From an uncultured Candidatus Competibacteraceae bacterium (GTDB lineage: Bacteria > Bacteroidota > Bacteroidia > CAIKAF01): 64,000 nt of DNA. Location: assembly GCA_964599915.1 (NCBI GenBank), contig CAZRHR010000005.1:3145-67144 (forward strand), given 5' to 3'. Below, piece by piece: positions 45,915-55,673 of this stretch. Each line of letters begins with the position of its first letter. Positions within the stretch are counted from its first letter, which is position 1. The notes under the pieces are model-generated. The model ran no database searches and was not told the origin of the DNA. It saw nothing but the letters and a program-made list of their open reading frames with translations. A program made the translations under genes and the position numbers.

Positions 45915-48629
45915 CTAGGGAATCAAATTGATGTTCCCATTGAGAATGGTTTCCGTACCAGAAACATCTCTCACCCGAATGCGATACACATACACATCGG
46001 ATTTGAGAACACCACCCAAATTGTCACGAGAGCCATTCCATGGTTTGTTAAGGTGGTTTGTGAAATACAACAACTCGCCCCAACGGTCAAAAATCCACAT
46101 TTCATATTCCACGAAATTCATGCCTTGCGCCATAAACGTATCGTTCATGCCATCGCCATTGGGGGTGAACGTGTTGGGCACGTAAATGGCCGGCATATGT
46201 TTAATTTCGATAGGGAAATTCACCTCTGCCGTACATCCCCATTCATTGGTGATAAGCAAGTATCCCATGTAGGTGCCCGGTTCTGTGAAGGAATGAGAAA
46301 AACTGGATTGTGTGTACACTGCGCCATCACCGGTTTCCCAATACCAACTCACGGGTGGGGGAATGGAGGCTTCTGAAAACTGAACCACGGGATTTAAAAT
46401 CGTGGTTACCTGAGGTGAGGTCACAGGTACGGCAATGGGTGTGGGTAAAACTACAATGCTCTTGCTGATGGTATCTGAACAATTGTAGGCATTGGTTACA
46501 ATCAATTGGACGGTATACGTTCCAGCATTGTACGTAACTACTGGACTTGGGTCCGTGGACATGAGGTTGTTGTCCAAATCCCAAAGATAGGTGAGGTTGG
46601 TGCCGCTTCCCGGAACGGATAAATTCCCTAGTTGCATGGTAAAGGTTTCGCATACGGGGCCTGGCGGTAGGTTAAAGTCTGCCACGGGGTCATTATAGAC
46701 CTCAATGGTGAGTGCGTCTGAAGCCGCTTTTCCACAACTATCTGTTACAGTTAATAAATACTGTGTGGTGGTAGCCGGTAAAAGATTTTGTAAATCTAAG
46801 GTGGTTGAGCCATCTGACCAAGCATACTGGAGTGTTGGCCAGCCGCCTGTAACTACGGGGTTAATGTTGGAGGTAAACCGTGGGCAGGTGACAAAAATGT
46901 CCGGGCCAACATTTACCGTGATGGGATCTAGATTTCGTATGGTAAGGGTTTGGGTAAAGGGAACGGTGGTGCCGTCACATAACGTATCGACAATGGTTAA
47001 AGTAAGGGTTTCATTTCCTTCTGGCGCCCCATCGGCTAAACCATTGATGGGAATGGAAATGCTGGTTTGATTGGGGGCAAAATTCACGATGGTACTTAGG
47101 TTGGGATAATCCGTTCCATTGGTTGCTGTACCTGTGATTTGTATAGGAGCCGTAAGGGGTTGGTCGGTATTGACATTTCGGGTAATGGTGAAGGTGGCGG
47201 TTCCACAATCTTCAATAATTGAGGTCTTGTCCAAAGTAAGACCAAACCCTGCCGTGTTGGGCGCAAGGAAAGTAATAAAAGTGGAATCGGTATGGCTGGT
47301 GCCACACACATCGGTTACGGTAAAAGGAACCCATCCGGTGGCAGTAGGGACGAAGGTGTAGTTTTGGGTGGTGGCAGCCCCATTGTTCCAACTAAACGTG
47401 TAAGTGGGCGCACCGCCCGTGTAGGTTCCATTTAAGGTTCCTCCGTTACAATCCAACGTTTGGTTGGGACCTGCATCTGCAATCAAAGGCTGGTAATCCT
47501 GAATCAAAAAGCTAATGGCGGTAGAAGCTGTGTTGCAGCCAGTGCCTTGTACATTGATGAGAATGGTTTCGCTTCCTTCTACCAAAGCATCTGTAATGGG
47601 AACGATATTGATGGTGGCGGATGCCTGTCCGGGCGCAAAGGTGATGGAACTTGGGATGTTCTGATAATCCACCCCATTGGTGGCGGTACCGCCAATGTTT
47701 AGATTTACCGTTAAAGGCGTATTAAGGTTATTGGTTCGGGTAATGACAAGCTGAGCGGTTCCGCAACCTTCATTGAGCAAGGTATCAATGGCTGAGGTGG
47801 TATTGTTGGCTACGGCAAGGGATAAGTTGGTCGATTGAAATGAACCCGCTTGAAGAAAAACCGCAGAATTCAAAGCCCCGTCTAAAGCATCTGCTACTGC
47901 CAGTGTAATGGTGTACGTGGAGCAAGGAATTACCCGCACCGCAGCCCAAAGAGGAACGGTTGCGCCACCAAAATTATGCCCTTGGTTTTGGTTGCAGTTA
48001 TCCACATAATACTGACAGTTTACACAAGGACCAGTGGCACATCCCCAGTTTTGGCCGTTGTTTACATTGTTGATGGTTACCGGTGTATTGGCTGTTCCTG
48101 GAACAATGGCTACATTCTGATTCACATAATTTCCACCGGCCGGATTCGGGCCAGATAAAAAGAAAGCAAAGGCATCATTGAAAGAGGAGTTTACGTAATC
48201 ATTATATTCTGAAGACGCGAACACATATCGAAACTTGATGGTGTCTCCTTGTGGGATAAAATTGAAGGTTAAAACTGCCGCATTATTGGTGTTAATCCCA
48301 TTAATCAACTGAGAAAGTGGAGGAAAACCAGGTGTGCCTGCACCCGTTTGAAAGTTTCCCGGAGCAAAGCCATTGGGCGGATTAATTTGGCAAGTAGATA
48401 GCACAATGCCACTGGTTAAACCCAGATTTGAACCAGCTCCATTGAAGGTCCCAATTTGGGTATTCGGATTGCCTTGAAAGGTTACATTTGAAATTTGCGC
48501 TCCCGCCCCGACCAGTACATTTTGTACGTATTGGGTCGGCGTTTGCCCACCTGCCGTAGTTACCTGTGAAAAAATAAACTGTGGAAGGGCTAGAAAGCTA
48601 AATAGGATAAAATGTAACCAGTGTTTCAT
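45915..48629 (-). CDS. T9SS type B (gliding-motility-associated CTD) cargo: choice-of-anchor L, Calx-beta-like and PKD domains
   Basis: FRYVFASSEY...FNDAFAFF (choice-of-anchor L); two Calx-beta-like repeats (GTATNGVDY / GTATNGTDY); YVPNTFTPNGDGMND...IFDRWGE CTD. Confidence 0.88.
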   Translation of the reverse strand: MKHWLHFILFSFLALPQFIFSQVTTAGGQTPTQYVQNVLVGAGAQISNVTFQGNPNTQIGTFNGAGSNLGLTSGIVLSTCQINPPNGFAPGNFQTGAGTPGFPPLSQLINGINTNNAAVLTFNFIPQGDTIKFRYVFASSEYNDYVNSSFNDAFAFFLSGPNPAGGNYVNQNVAIVPGTANTPVTINNVNNGQNWGCATGPCVNCQYYVDNCNQNQGHNFGGATVPLWAAVRVIPCSTYTITLAVADALDGALNSAVFLQAGSFQSTNLSLAVANNTTSAIDTLLNEGCGTAQLVITRTNNLNTPLTVNLNIGGTATNGVDYQNIPSSITFAPGQASATINIVPITDALVEGSETILINVQGTGCNTASTAISFLIQDYQPLIADAGPNQTLDCNGGTLNGTYTGGAPTYTFSWNNGAATTQNYTFVPTATGWVPFTVTDVCGTSHTDSTFITFLAPNTAGFGLTLDKTSIIEDCGTATFTITRNVNTDQPLTAPIQITGTATNGTDYPNLSTIVNFAPNQTSISIPINGLADGAPEGNETLTLTIVDTLCDGTTVPFTQTLTIRNLDPITVNVGPDIFVTCPRFTSNINPVVTGGWPTLQYAWSDGSTTLDLQNLLPATTTQYLLTVTDSCGKAASDALTIEVYNDPVADFNLPPGPVCETFTMQLGNLSVPGSGTNLTYLWDLDNNLMSTDPSPVVTYNAGTYTVQLIVTNAYNCSDTISKSIVVLPTPIAVPVTSPQVTTILNPVVQFSEASIPPPVSWYWETGDGAVYTQSSFSHSFTEPGTYMGYLLITNEWGCTAEVNFPIEIKHMPAIYVPNTFTPNGDGMNDTFMAQGMNFVEYEMWIFDRWGELLYFTNHLNKPWNGSRDNLGGVLKSDVYVYRIRVRDVSGTETILNGNINLIP

Positions 48630-48687
48630 GGGAAAGTGCTAAGGCTATAACCAAAGATAAGAGATTAACTTAAATCTTACCAGATTT

Positions 48688-49914
48688 TTAAGAAAAACTT
48701 AACCCCCTTTTTATCTGTTCTAAAACTTGTTGGCTGGTCAGTGGCTCTAAACTAAACCAGTTGTTAATCAGGTTTTTGGTTCTTGTTAAATGGGCTTCAT
48801 CCCTGACCCATTGGAGGTAAGCAGGAATGAGGTCATGTGGACTTTTACCGCTATATGCAATGCCCAATCTTACAAAGTTTTCCGCCTCCCTGCTTCGTTG
48901 AAAATGTGGCCCAAACAACACAGGTAGGCCATATACGGCCGGTTCTAGGACATTGTGCACTTGTTTCCCAAAGCCTCCGCCCACATAAGCTATTTTCCCC
49001 CAGCGGTAGCATTTGGATAATTCTCCTAAAACATCCATTAAAACCACACGGGGTGAGGTCCAAGGCGCCCCTTTTTCCAGTGCGGTCCAACGTTGTGTTT
49101 TTCCTTCCCATAGCTTTTCCAAATGAGAAAGAAAGGCTAGATCTATTTTATGTGGTGCAACCACCCAGGTCATGGACGGATCCGCCGCTATGAGGGCCTG
49201 TAAACCAGGAAGATCCTCAGGCCAAATGCTTCCTGCAATGGCCGTTTGTGCCGGTAAATGCCAAGCTGGTTCATTTTTCCATGGCCCTTCAGCAATGGCT
49301 TTCACCCTTTCTACGCGTGGATCTCCATCGCATTGAATGGGGGACAGGGTACGCAAATGGGTCTTGCACCAATGAGCCGTTTCTTCGTCTTGGGCGGAGA
49401 TGAAGGCCGCTTTTTCTAAGGCTTTTCGCCATGGAGCTGCCCACCATTTTTCTAAAAACTTGGATTTTCCCCAACGGGCCGCCACCAGTCCTACGGGGAT
49501 TTTTCGCTGGTGTAACCCTTCCCACATGTGTAGCCAGATTTCCGCTTTTACAAAAATCGCCAGCCTTGGACGTGTTTCGTCCAGAAAATGGGCCACTGCA
49601 CTTGGCGTATCTACCGGAAATCCTATGACTGCGTTGGCAGGAAACTTTGGACCAGGTGAAAAAAAACCTGAAGGCGAGTAAAAGCTAAGTACAATGGGGA
49701 GCTCTGGTTTCCAAGCATGCAGTGCTTCTGCCACAGGACGAATTTGTTCCCATTCTCCTGCTGACGCACAATGAAACCATACGGGCGAATCCAGCTTGGC
49801 CGGCTTTGCTTTTCGCATGGCCATGCGTCCACGTGCTCCGGCATGAAAGGGTGCCAAGACTTCCTCCAGTCTTTTTAAACACACCATGCCGATCCCGTAT
49901 AAAAAGCGAACCAT
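48688..49914 (-). CDS. kdtA: 3-deoxy-D-manno-octulosonic acid (Kdo) transferase
   Basis: WFHCASAGEWEQ, FVKAEIW, AYVGGGF and HNVLEPAVYG motifs. Confidence 0.92.
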   Translation of the reverse strand: MVRFLYGIGMVCLKRLEEVLAPFHAGARGRMAMRKAKPAKLDSPVWFHCASAGEWEQIRPVAEALHAWKPELPIVLSFYSPSGFFSPGPKFPANAVIGFPVDTPSAVAHFLDETRPRLAIFVKAEIWLHMWEGLHQRKIPVGLVAARWGKSKFLEKWWAAPWRKALEKAAFISAQDEETAHWCKTHLRTLSPIQCDGDPRVERVKAIAEGPWKNEPAWHLPAQTAIAGSIWPEDLPGLQALIAADPSMTWVVAPHKIDLAFLSHLEKLWEGKTQRWTALEKGAPWTSPRVVLMDVLGELSKCYRWGKIAYVGGGFGKQVHNVLEPAVYGLPVLFGPHFQRSREAENFVRLGIAYSGKSPHDLIPAYLQWVRDEAHLTRTKNLINNWFSLEPLTSQQVLEQIKRGLSFS

Positions 49915-50666
49915 CAGGGATTGCGAAACTCGATATGCCTAAATTTATTCCTCGGGTAAAAGGGGATAATCCAGCCCGCTTTTACACCTAGCATCCACTC
50001 CAACCGATGACCTTGGTCCTGCGTGCCTAAATCGAATTGATAACCACGTAAAGAGGATACGAAAAGCTGCATGACCTCAAGGTGAACGAAAAAGTTGATG
50101 GTTTTGGAATTTGAAAAATGGGTGTACCCCACAGATTGAGAAAACATCGCGCCTGCCGATAAGCGGTCATAGCCACGTAAGTAATCCCCTTCCAATTGGG
50201 GGACAAATCCGCTGAGCACGGAAATGCGGTTATGATATTCAGTGTAGCCGGCTCCCAATTGTAGGTGCAGACCGGAATTAGGATTATAATTTTTAAATGG
50301 AATAATTTTCCCCACGGTGGCCTGAAATGCCATGCCCCGAAAACTAACATCCACCGCTGGAAAAGATCCGTCGCCCGCAATTAAGGGAAGCACATTGGAT
50401 AGCAAAGCGGCTTCTTTGGGTGCAGAGCCAAAAAAATAATGTCCTGAACCTCCAACCAACCAATTGGATGCCCATTTATAGCGAACATCTCCACCAATGA
50501 GGTAGGCTGCATCATACCTTTCTCCCAAACTGCCAATGGGCACCATAAAGCCACCTGAGGCTGAAAGGGTAAACACCGAAAGTGAGCTGTCCTTTGGGCT
50601 AACATTTTGCCCACAAAGGATTTGCCCCCAAATGCCCAAAAGTAGAAATTGCCACCCTTTTTTCAT
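49914..50666 (-). CDS. Hypothetical outer-membrane beta-barrel protein
   Basis: Signal peptide and amphipathic beta strands; its stop overlaps the kdtA start (TGATG). Confidence 0.65.
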   Translation of the reverse strand: MKKGWQFLLLGIWGQILCGQNVSPKDSSLSVFTLSASGGFMVPIGSLGERYDAAYLIGGDVRYKWASNWLVGGSGHYFFGSAPKEAALLSNVLPLIAGDGSFPAVDVSFRGMAFQATVGKIIPFKNYNPNSGLHLQLGAGYTEYHNRISVLSGFVPQLEGDYLRGYDRLSAGAMFSQSVGYTHFSNSKTINFFVHLEVMQLFVSSLRGYQFDLGTQDQGHRLEWMLGVKAGWIIPFYPRNKFRHIEFRNP

Positions 50667-50734
50667 TGCATAAAAATAGCGCATTTCCATGGATTTGGAA
50701 CATGCGCTATCCTTGAAAAAGTGTTTGGATTAAA

Positions 50735-51178
50735 TTATGGAATCAGGATGTTGGCGAATTCTCCTGAAATGACCAAGGTATCTTGTGTGGTTGGGTTCAC
50801 GTTGGCCGCAGATACGTTGAATGAGCCGCTGGCACGTGTCTGGCTTCTGGCACTTAATGTGATGGTGCCTGAAACCCCCAAATAGGTATTCGTAATATTG
50901 GAAGTATCTGGAATATAGACAAAGGGTGCAAAACCTTGGAAGGTAAAATCCCCCATGTTGATGGTTCCCTGTTGATCTGGCATGGCCATGGACAAATTGG
51001 CGCCGTCTTTTATACCGGCAATGATGAGGGTATCGCCTTCTTTACGCCCAAGTTGGGTGGAAGACTCCCATGCGAACCCATCGATAGTGGCATCAAGGCT
51101 ACCCAAAACATTGAGCTTATCGCAGCTGCTCAAAAGTCCAAGACCGATAAGGCCTCCGATCCAATAGATTGATTTCAT
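50735..51178 (-). CDS. Lipoprotein, beta-rich (possibly DUF6252-like)
   Basis: Lipobox LSSC followed by ATIDGFAW...LIIAG. Confidence 0.7.
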   Translation of the reverse strand: MKSIYWIGGLIGLGLLSSCDKLNVLGSLDATIDGFAWESSTQLGRKEGDTLIIAGIKDGANLSMAMPDQQGTINMGDFTFQGFAPFVYIPDTSNITNTYLGVSGTITLSARSQTRASGSFNVSAANVNPTTQDTLVISGEFANILIP

Positions 51179-51278
51179 GCGTTTTTTGCGGCAATATACA
51201 ATTTTCTCTTTTTCTTAAGCCAGGGGTTAAAAGATAAAAGGCTGAATCTCTCGTCTTAGCGGCAATCTTTTTATTCCA

Positions 51279-53399
51279 TTAAAGTGGCAGGTTCATCTCT
51301 TTGATTAACCGGTCTCCACCCATTTGTTTATGAATGACAAAGCAAACATACCGGATGTCAGCTACAATGTTGCGGCATCGATCCGGATCATAGATGATGT
51401 CGCTCATGGTGGATTCCCAAGAACGGTCGAAGTTTATGCCAATCAATTCTCCTTTGGCATTAAGTACAGGGCTTCCTGAATTTCCTCCGGTGGTGTGGTT
51501 GGAGGCGATGAAGGCCACCTGAAGCTCGCCTTCCGCATTGCCATAAGGACCCCATTGATTGGATTTAAGCAACGCCACGAAATCTTGACCCATGTGGAAA
51601 TCCGGATCGTTGGGCAGGTATTTTTGAAGCATTCCTTTTGCCGTTGTATACCAATGATAATACACGCCATCTGCGGGGAAATAAGGTTGCACTTTTCCAA
51701 AGGAAATCCTCAATGTGCTGTTGGCATCCGGATATAGTTGGCGTTGGCCGGGATGGTCTAAAAGATGAGACACGTACCGCTGTAAAAGCACGTCTCTTTG
51801 GGCAAAAGTTTTCTTCGCGTTGGGTTCGAGTACATTGATTCTGGTGTCATCTAAGGCTTTCACCAGCAGCATTACAGCATCTTTTTGCATTCTGCGCGCG
51901 GCATGCCCATCGGGGTGTTCAAGGGCAGTTATCACGGACGTAGAATCTGCGAAAATACTTTCTTTATACAGAGCTGCTGTGTATTTACTTAGTCCGGTGG
52001 CGCGGATGGCGCGGACTTGCTCGGTGGGCAAATATTTCTCAGGGGTGTGTTTTAAAAAGGAGGGCCACACCGCCTCAAAAATGGCCGCATCTACTGCTTT
52101 ATCCCATTGCCCATAAAAAGCACGCGCTTGAAGGATGAGTTGGTCGGCCAAAGGTTTTAATTTCCCCTCTTTCTGTAGGTTGTTTTGTTCGAAGGTAAAC
52201 TTCATGAATTTCTGAGCAAACCCTAGAATTTCCGGACCCGAGGAAAAAAGTTCACTGTAGGTATTGAGCGCCATTAAATCCTCAGAGGATCCGGCATAAA
52301 GTTGATTGAATAAGTGCAAGACTTCTTGGGGGCCGCCGGACATTAAATAGGCGTTTTCCTGGGCCAATTTTACATCCATGGCCCCTAGTTTTTTAAGTCC
52401 CCGGTTTTCTCCAATCCATTTTTTCCAGTAATTGGCAATGCGACTTTGTTTGGCGGCATATCTGAGGGTAAGGGCTTCCGAATCACGCATGGCGCGGTTG
52501 ATGACAGATAAGGCGCGATCCCGAATCTCTATGCGTGCCGGATTAATTTTCTCCATTAATAATTTTACCGCGGCGGCGGGTAGGTATTGTTCCGTTCTAC
52601 CGGGAAAGCCATACACCATGGTAAAGTCATTTTCTTTCACGCCATTTAGGGAGACTTGTAAATGCCGAATGGGGGAATAAGGCTTATTTTCCGGGGCGTA
52701 AGCTGCCGGAAGGTTTTGGGCATTGGCGTAGACCCGAAACACAGCAAAATCTCCTGTATGCCTAGGCCACATCCAATTGTCTGCATCATACCCATACTTT
52801 CCTATGTAAGAGGGAGGCGTGAGAACAAGTCGAATGTCTTTAAAAGTTTCTTTTACAATAAGTTGGTATCTATTTCCATAAAAAATGGGTTTGATTTCGG
52901 CCGAGTAATGCGTCCCTTTGGTGGCATCTTCAATGATGCGACGCATGTTTTGCTGTCTTTGGGCTTCATTATTTTCCGCCCCCATTTGGACCATGGAAGT
53001 AACATCTTCCATTCGCACAATGCGGGTTGCTGTAAGTCCGGGGCAGGGAATTTCATCCTTTGGCGTCACCGCAAAGAAACCATCTCTGAGATAGTTTTTT
53101 TCCAGTGAGCTGGCTTGTTGGATATAATAATAACCACAATGGTGATTGGTAAACAACAGACCTTGAGACGATACCAACTCAGAGGTACAGCCTCCACCAA
53201 AAATAAATACGGCGTCTTTTAAAGAAGCTTGGTCATTGGTGTAGAGGTCTGCGTAAGGAATAGATAGCCCCATTTTTTGCATGTTGGCTTGTACAGAGGC
53301 TGGCATGGCGTAAGGCAACCACATGCCCTCTACTGCCCAAACATTTGCAAAACAAAAACTTACAATAATAGCCCATCCGGTGAGAACGACATTGCGCAT
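51279..53399 (-). CDS. S46 family dipeptidyl peptidase (DPP11-like)
   Basis: EGMWLP, TNHHC, DNWMWPRHTGDF, TTGGNSGSPV and GINFDR motifs. Confidence 0.95.
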   Translation of the reverse strand: MRNVVLTGWAIIVSFCFANVWAVEGMWLPYAMPASVQANMQKMGLSIPYADLYTNDQASLKDAVFIFGGGCTSELVSSQGLLFTNHHCGYYYIQQASSLEKNYLRDGFFAVTPKDEIPCPGLTATRIVRMEDVTSMVQMGAENNEAQRQQNMRRIIEDATKGTHYSAEIKPIFYGNRYQLIVKETFKDIRLVLTPPSYIGKYGYDADNWMWPRHTGDFAVFRVYANAQNLPAAYAPENKPYSPIRHLQVSLNGVKENDFTMVYGFPGRTEQYLPAAAVKLLMEKINPARIEIRDRALSVINRAMRDSEALTLRYAAKQSRIANYWKKWIGENRGLKKLGAMDVKLAQENAYLMSGGPQEVLHLFNQLYAGSSEDLMALNTYSELFSSGPEILGFAQKFMKFTFEQNNLQKEGKLKPLADQLILQARAFYGQWDKAVDAAIFEAVWPSFLKHTPEKYLPTEQVRAIRATGLSKYTAALYKESIFADSTSVITALEHPDGHAARRMQKDAVMLLVKALDDTRINVLEPNAKKTFAQRDVLLQRYVSHLLDHPGQRQLYPDANSTLRISFGKVQPYFPADGVYYHWYTTAKGMLQKYLPNDPDFHMGQDFVALLKSNQWGPYGNAEGELQVAFIASNHTTGGNSGSPVLNAKGELIGINFDRSWESTMSDIIYDPDRCRNIVADIRYVCFVIHKQMGGDRLIKEMNLPL

Positions 53400-53523
53400 A
53401 CCTATTTTTTTTCGTGTCCTCAAAAGTAGGATTTCCCACGGTAAACCTCACCCAAATGCGTTGCGAAAAAAAAGTTCAGCCTTCGTGATTTTTGAAAATA
53501 ATTGCTGTATTATTGCAAGTGAC

Positions 53524-53916
53524 ATGGGTGTAGTCTCAAAAATCACAAACGATATCTCTGTTTCTGTTGAAACCAAGTTTCGAGAGAAGCAATCTGATGT
53601 AGCCAATGGCTACTTCCTTTTTTCTTACTTTATCACCATTGAGAATTTGGGACAAACGCCTTGTCGTTTATTGAGAAGGCATTGGCATATTTTGGATTCT
53701 TCCGGTGAGTACAGAGAAGTAACCGGAGATGGTGTGGTAGGCGAACAGCCGCTTCTGCGCCCGGGTGAGCGATTTTCGTATGAGTCTGCTTGTAATTTTA
53801 CTACGGAGATTGGTAAAATGCATGGTACGTTTTTCATGGAAAACTTGCTGACCCATGCTACTTTTCAGGTGACTATTCCTGAATTTTTAATGGTTATGCC
53901 AGCTAAGCTTAACTGA
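53524..53916 (+). CDS. apaG: ApaG domain protein
   Basis: YFITIEN, LLRRHWHI and GDGVVGEQP.L.PGE.FSYES motifs. Confidence 0.93.
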   Translation: MGVVSKITNDISVSVETKFREKQSDVANGYFLFSYFITIENLGQTPCRLLRRHWHILDSSGEYREVTGDGVVGEQPLLRPGERFSYESACNFTTEIGKMHGTFFMENLLTHATFQVTIPEFLMVMPAKLN

Positions 53917-54070
53917 TTTTCTTCTTTTTCCTTAGTTCGTCTTTAAAACCGCTTGATTTTAGATGAAGCGCTGTATCTTTCATGAAAACTTAGCCGCAAA
54001 AGGTTGAGAATTAAGAATTGATAAGACGAAAAACTTTTTACACCCACCTTTCAACTTTACCTTTGCGTTT

Positions 54071-55654
54071 ATGAATCCACGCATGATCCGCTTTATTATT
54101 CTGTCCATGTTTTCAGCCATGACAGGTTTGGTGGGCATTCAAATTATTTGGATTCGGAAAGCGGTAGAACAGCGAGAAGAGCAATTTAACCAAGAGGTTT
54201 TTGCAGCATTGGCTTCTATTTCGCAGGCGTATGAAAAAGAGGTTTGGGCCAAGCACATTGAAAAAATGTTGGATTGGTCATCGCTCGAGTCTGGCGTTCA
54301 GGGGATGATGGATTCGTTGCACCAAGTGACCCTTTGCCAGCCTAAGGATTCTATGCCAGGTTTTACCACGACCCCGGAGGGAGAGGTTTATCTTCAATTG
54401 AACTGGGAAGGCGGCTATCCATTTGCCCGTGCACCGCGCGGCCCTTTTGGTGAAGCACAAAATAATCCTTGGGTCAATCTTCAAGATGAAGGAAACAACA
54501 ATTATATAGAGAGCCTCGACCAAACTTACCGTGTGCTTACGGAGAGCCGTGATTTAATTGGCAACATGCTCCAAAACTTGGTGAGTCGATTTGTGTTTAC
54601 CAACCAGCAGGAAGTAGATAGTGTCTTGCTGGAAAAACTTGTGGCCGGTGAATTTCATGCGCGTGGGATAAAAATGCCCATTCAATACACAGTTTACCAT
54701 CCGTATAAACAAGAAATGAGGTTTGGAAACCTTCAGCGTCGCAAGGACATGGAGGAGTCGCCTTATCGCATTTCATTGGGTTCAGAGCCGTACCCAAACG
54801 CCTTCGAACTGGTACTTTTCTTTCCACAGAAAAACCGTTTTTTACTTAGCAACATCATCTTTTTGTTGATTGCTTCGGCCTTTCTCATTCTGATTATCAT
54901 CGGCTCTTTTGCTTATACCATCAATGTGATTTTCAAGCAGAAACAGGTACAAGAAATTAAAAACGACCTTATTAATAACATTACACACGAGTTAAAAACG
55001 CCCATTTCTACTATTTCCCTCGCCGTGCAGGCCATGTCAGATCCGGGTATGCGGGAAATTGTATCCCTTCGGGAAAAATACATTGGCGTGATCAGAGACG
55101 AAAACCATAGACTGGGGCAGTTAGTTGAAAATGTTTTACAGTCGGCCGTCTTCGACCGTGGTGATTTCCGGCTGAAAGTAAAACGCATCGATTTACATCA
55201 ACGCATTGATAAAGTCCTTTCCAGTTTATCTATGCAGGCCCAAGCGAAAGGCATTCGAGTGAATAGAAATCTACACGCCAAGCAGGTGAATGTAGATGTT
55301 GATGATGTAATGATGACCAATTTGTTTTTCAACCTTGTGGACAATGCCATCAAATACGCCTCCAAAGACAACCCTTTTGTCACCATATCTACCTGGGACG
55401 AAGCACATTATTTTTGTTTTGAGGTCGCAGACAACGGCATTGGGATTTCTAAGGATGACCAAAAACGAATTTTTGAAAAATTATACCGCGTTCCTACAGG
55501 CAATGTGCATAATGTAAAGGGCTATGGACTAGGCCTCAGTTATGTAAAATCTATTGTAGAACGCCACCATGGTGAAATTTCGGTAAAAAGTGCCCTGGGA
55601 GAAGGCAGCCGATTCACCGTAAAAATCCCTTTAAAACAACCTGAACAATCATAA
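54071..55654 (+). CDS. rprX: Sensor histidine kinase (HisKA + HATPase), RprX-type
   Basis: Two TM segments; THELKTPIS H-box; NLVDNAIKY, DNGIG and GYGLGL motifs; paired with an RprY-like regulator. Confidence 0.8.
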   Translation: MNPRMIRFIILSMFSAMTGLVGIQIIWIRKAVEQREEQFNQEVFAALASISQAYEKEVWAKHIEKMLDWSSLESGVQGMMDSLHQVTLCQPKDSMPGFTTTPEGEVYLQLNWEGGYPFARAPRGPFGEAQNNPWVNLQDEGNNNYIESLDQTYRVLTESRDLIGNMLQNLVSRFVFTNQQEVDSVLLEKLVAGEFHARGIKMPIQYTVYHPYKQEMRFGNLQRRKDMEESPYRISLGSEPYPNAFELVLFFPQKNRFLLSNIIFLLIASAFLILIIIGSFAYTINVIFKQKQVQEIKNDLINNITHELKTPISTISLAVQAMSDPGMREIVSLREKYIGVIRDENHRLGQLVENVLQSAVFDRGDFRLKVKRIDLHQRIDKVLSSLSMQAQAKGIRVNRNLHAKQVNVDVDDVMMTNLFFNLVDNAIKYASKDNPFVTISTWDEAHYFCFEVADNGIGISKDDQKRIFEKLYRVPTGNVHNVKGYGLGLSYVKSIVERHHGEISVKSALGEGSRFTVKIPLKQPEQS

Positions 55655-55673
55655 AAGTTTTTAAATTGGCCTT

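Noticed and set aside
53323-53523. N-terminal extensions given by the ORF track for apaG (also 20087, 34319, 38832, 39727 and 62537 starts)
   Set aside because: The extensions overlap neighbouring genes or promoter boxes. The family motifs begin at the downstream starts used here.
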